The position numbers and the translations under genes are program-made. Under the pieces are notes generated by a model. It was not told where the DNA came from, did no database searches, and saw only the letters and a program-made list of their open reading frames with translations. From IMG/VR virus record IMGVR_UViG_3300042544_001590, positions 62,001 through 126,000 of that record: a stretch of 64,000 bases of DNA, one strand, 5' to 3'. This document shows, piece by piece, positions 61,181 to 64,000 of the stretch (its first letter is position 1; each line of letters starts with the position of its first letter).

Positions 61181-61918
61181 ATGGCTACCAAAAAAGCACC
61201 TCGCAGGAGGAAAGAGTTGGATATCACAGATGAAATCACCGATCATTACAAAAAGAACTTTGATCTGTCTAATATAGACCTCAAAAGGTTGCCACACTTA
61301 ACTGATAATCAAATAAGATTTTATCAATTAACACAAAATCCCAAGACTAATATGGTGTTCGTGGATGGCCCCGCAGGGTCCGCCAAAACTCAAGTAGCTG
61401 TTTACGGTGCATTGGAATTATTAAAAAACAGACAAGTTGATAGGATCATCTATGTCAGGACAATAGTGGAAAGTGCTTCTCGTTCTCTAGGGGCGTTACC
61501 CGGAGAGCTTTCGGATAAATTTTTATACTTCTCAATGCCTCTTATTGATAAACTGAATGAGATGACAAGCATTTCTACATATAAAGCATTGATGGAACAA
61601 GAATACATTAAAGCCATGCCCGTCAACTTTATCCGAGGATTAACATTCCATAATAGTGCTGTTATTATAGATGAAAGCCAAAATGCAACGAAAAAGGAAC
61701 TTTCCAGTTGCTTATCCAGATTTGGTAGGGGTTCCCACTACTTTGTAATTGGAGATACCAAGCAAAATGATATCAACGACTCAGGATTTAAAGAAGTCTT
61801 TGATAAATTTGACCAAGAATTCTCAAGAAAAAATGAAATCCACTGCTTGAAATTTGATAATACTGATATTGTCAGATCACCGATCTTACGTCACATCACT
61901 CAAATTCTCGGCGTGTAA
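61181..61918 (+). CDS. phoH: PhoH-family ATPase
   Basis: GPAGSAKT, LGALPG, FIRGLTF, IIDESQN, IGDTKQND, DIVRS. Confidence 0.92.
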   Translation: MATKKAPRRRKELDITDEITDHYKKNFDLSNIDLKRLPHLTDNQIRFYQLTQNPKTNMVFVDGPAGSAKTQVAVYGALELLKNRQVDRIIYVRTIVESASRSLGALPGELSDKFLYFSMPLIDKLNEMTSISTYKALMEQEYIKAMPVNFIRGLTFHNSAVIIDESQNATKKELSSCLSRFGRGSHYFVIGDTKQNDINDSGFKEVFDKFDQEFSRKNEIHCLKFDNTDIVRSPILRHITQILGV

Positions 61919-61920
61919 TA

Positions 61921-62337
61921 TTACCGTCTAACCAACGGGTAAATATCATATTCTTCATCCCACATGTAGCAAGCTAATTTCCGTTTTGGTTTGGATATCA
62001 GCTTATATTTGATGATGCTTACAACATCATCAATGGAAATCTTTTCATTTTTCTTCTTACGCTTCAACATGAAGAACTTGAGAACCTTTTCATTCAGGGA
62101 TTTCTCATAATCTTTCACAACTTGATGTTTGACTTGTTTATATTTCTCCTGAATGTTTGTCACATCTTCGGATGGAAATCCTCGTCCTCCTGACATATCC
62201 CAAACAGCGTTTAGGTAATGTGTTGCCAGATGTCCAGCAATTTTTGTGGCTTCTTCTTTCTCTTCCATAGTCATCTCTTTGAGATGTTTTGCTGCGTTAT
62301 TCAATTCGTTTATATTAACCATAATTTTATCCTTCAA
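61921..62337 (-). CDS. hypothetical protein
   Basis: ORF track. Confidence 0.68.
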   Translation of the reverse strand: MKDKIMVNINELNNAAKHLKEMTMEEKEEATKIAGHLATHYLNAVWDMSGGRGFPSEDVTNIQEKYKQVKHQVVKDYEKSLNEKVLKFFMLKRKKKNEKISIDDVVSIIKYKLISKPKRKLACYMWDEEYDIYPLVRR

Positions 62338-62563
62338 TTACTCCCCCTTTGGGAGCAGTTCTCATATCAGCGGAATACCTCACAGCACCGCCCGTTTTCT
62401 GCCCATGAAATTCGTTCAGAAGCTCTGTCATATCAATGCTCTTGGCACCAAATACATGTTGCTCGTAAATGTTTCCAATCTCTGCATTGATTCGATCCTG
62501 CCCCCAAGCGTCCAAAATGGCACCAGCAGAACCCCCGTATTTTTGTGAAAAGTGTCCGCTCAT
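62327..62563 (-). CDS. small hypothetical protein
   Basis: ORF track; TAAATA-N5-ATG upstream. Confidence 0.65.
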   Translation of the reverse strand: MSGHFSQKYGGSAGAILDAWGQDRINAEIGNIYEQHVFGAKSIDMTELLNEFHGQKTGGAVRYSADMRTAPKGGVIEG

Positions 62564-62567
62564 ATTT

Positions 62568-63359
62568 TTATTTATTATTATTCACCAAATTTTCAATGAT
62601 GTTCTTACATTCAGCCGAATAACCAGCCTCGATATCATAGATTTTAGCATCTAAATCCATCAGACAAACGAAAGGGGAATGAGTTGCCACGATGATCTGA
62701 TAATCTTTAGACATGCGCTTCAGAAGAGCAAACAGTTCCATCTGCTTGGGCAACGACAATGCCCTCTCAGGCTCATCCAGAAGCAATGTAACCCTACCTG
62801 TGCGTGGGAGAGAGCGAATGTAATCAACTTCTCCGACTTGGGCGGGATGGGAAGAAACATACTTGGTAAGATCGGGAGGGGTCTTGAGCATGTTGAAGAG
62901 CTTATTGAGCTTTTTCATTCGATACTGGCCCGATGACGGCTTCTCAATCATGGCATCCATGTGTTCCTCTTCCGTGGTCATACCATCTTCCGATGAAATT
63001 TCCTTATGGGTAAACCAAGCCCATTGGTCAATCTTCACATCTCCCTCGTTATAGAATGTGGCAGTTCCGTCCCATCCCACGATACAATCGGATTGACCGG
63101 GAGAATATGCGCGATACACATAAGGAAAATGACTTTTCTGTTGCGCTCCCAAAGCAAGTTCAGAGGAAATCCTTGACCATCCTGCAAATCCATTGGGAAT
63201 GCCACAATATGCTTTGAGCATTTTTAGAACACTGGTCTTACCTCCCCCGTTACTCGATGATAAAATATTTAGTCCTTCCGTGAAATGAAACTCAATACCC
63301 GGATGAAAATTCGGGAGTTCCGTGGCGTATCCGTTTAGTATTTTAATACTTGAAATCAT
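62568..63359 (-). CDS. ABC-type (AAA_21-like) ATPase
   Basis: NILSSSNGGGKTS, SSGQ signature, LLLDEPERALS, IIVATHSP. Confidence 0.82.
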   Translation of the reverse strand: MISSIKILNGYATELPNFHPGIEFHFTEGLNILSSSNGGGKTSVLKMLKAYCGIPNGFAGWSRISSELALGAQQKSHFPYVYRAYSPGQSDCIVGWDGTATFYNEGDVKIDQWAWFTHKEISSEDGMTTEEEHMDAMIEKPSSGQYRMKKLNKLFNMLKTPPDLTKYVSSHPAQVGEVDYIRSLPRTGRVTLLLDEPERALSLPKQMELFALLKRMSKDYQIIVATHSPFVCLMDLDAKIYDIEAGYSAECKNIIENLVNNNK

Positions 63360-63360
63360 A

Positions 63361-63756
63361 TCATTTCACTCCCCAAGATGTTCCATTAAACCACTCATGT
63401 CCCGATGGGTTATTCAGCGTTGCTTCCCTACGTTTGAAAGGTTCCGGTTGAACGGGTTGTTGCGCGATTTGTTCAGCCTTCAATCTTTCAATTGATTCTC
63501 TTTTCATTCGCTCCATTTCACTATCAATTTTATTGATTTCTTCTTGGTATTCTTCGGTTGTTAAATATTCACCAAAAAGAGGATACCAATCTCTTCCAAC
63601 CAATACATCATCATCGTCATTGTTTACAGAACTGACATGGGAATCATCTTTAAGATCATCCGTTTCGTCCGTTGTTGTAAACCTGAAATTCTCATCCTCC
63701 TGTGCTTTGATTTCCACTTGCATGATAGGATTTATGGAGACGTTTAGGAATGTCAA
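63361..63756 (-). CDS. acidic hypothetical protein
   Basis: ORF track; TTG start overlaps the upstream stop. Confidence 0.65.
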   Translation of the reverse strand: MTFLNVSINPIMQVEIKAQEDENFRFTTTDETDDLKDDSHVSSVNNDDDDVLVGRDWYPLFGEYLTTEEYQEEINKIDSEMERMKRESIERLKAEQIAQQPVQPEPFKRREATLNNPSGHEWFNGTSWGVK

Positions 63757-63998
63757 GGAATTGATATTTGTTCAGTGGAAGGATTATAAATAAAATGTTG
63801 TAAAGTCCGTTGTAAAGTCCCATTATTATTAGTTAATATATATACGTCCACATTTATAGTACCATCTCGATTATTTCCAGTAATTTTAATACTTCCCACA
63901 GTATTATAACCAGCATCTTCCAATGCATACCTAATTTGGTCGGTGCTGGAAGCAAGCTGTCTGTCTGGTCCTCTAACTCTTTTAGCTGTCCTAGTTTT
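63753..63998 (-). CDS. partial hypothetical protein (5' end outside window)
   Basis: Open minus frame KTRTAKRVRG...EQISIP*; contains a 12-bp tandem repeat GTTGTAAAGTCC at 63797-63820. Confidence 0.45.
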   Translation of the reverse strand, partial: KTRTAKRVRGPDRQLASSTDQIRYALEDAGYNTVGSIKITGNNRDGTINVDVYILTNNNGTLQRTLQHFIYNPSTEQISIP

Positions 63999-64000
63999 CG

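Noticed and set aside
1-64000. Stop-codon reassignment
   Set aside because: Conserved genes (nrdA, nrdB, gp20, gp23, dinG, cca) are full length in code 11, and TAA, TAG and TGA all end genes
63991-64000. Partial reverse copy of the array motif at the window edge (CTAGTTTT)
   Set aside because: Only four A residues, lies inside an open frame, and no -10 box follows
1-64000. Diversity-generating retroelement or integrase acting on the cassette array
   Set aside because: No reverse transcriptase, tyrosine or serine recombinase, or TR/VR pair seen in this window; the rest of the genome was not available

Overview
A 64-kb piece of a large T4-like (myovirus) phage genome, read in standard code 11. 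Host not identifiable from the sequence. (1) 1-5.4 kb: a GC-richer array of 20 tiny co-oriented ORFs, nearly all preceded by a copy of TAAAAACTAG-NN-TANNNT-N6/9-ATG (22 copies). The motif often also supplies the upstream ORF's stop codon. The array ends in a cUUCGg terminator followed by a repeat-, palindrome- and G-run-rich noncoding block. (2) 5.7-23.4 kb: accessory and metabolic genes (HAD phosphatase, CCA-adding enzyme, SLOG protein, ThyX, M15 endolysin, ClpP, NrdB/NrdA), 10 tRNAs (several non-canonical) and several late genes with capsid-targeting-like N-termini. (3) 23.4-51 kb: virion module (split gp5, gp13, portal gp20, gp15, gp23, gp22, gp67/68-like, gp21, gp4, fibre proteins) with DinG helicase, AAA+ ATPase, GroES/gp31, gp62 and three free-standing homing endonucleases. 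One endonuclease sits beside a synonymously diverged duplicate of the first 45 codons of gp13. (4) 51-60.4 kb: glycan biosynthesis island. (5) Kinase, PhoH and ABC-type ATPase. Where promoters are recognisable, they place the start codon at or within about 3 nt of the predicted transcription start, and I saw no Shine-Dalgarno motifs at the starts inspected. All family calls come from motif recognition by eye; no database searches were run.
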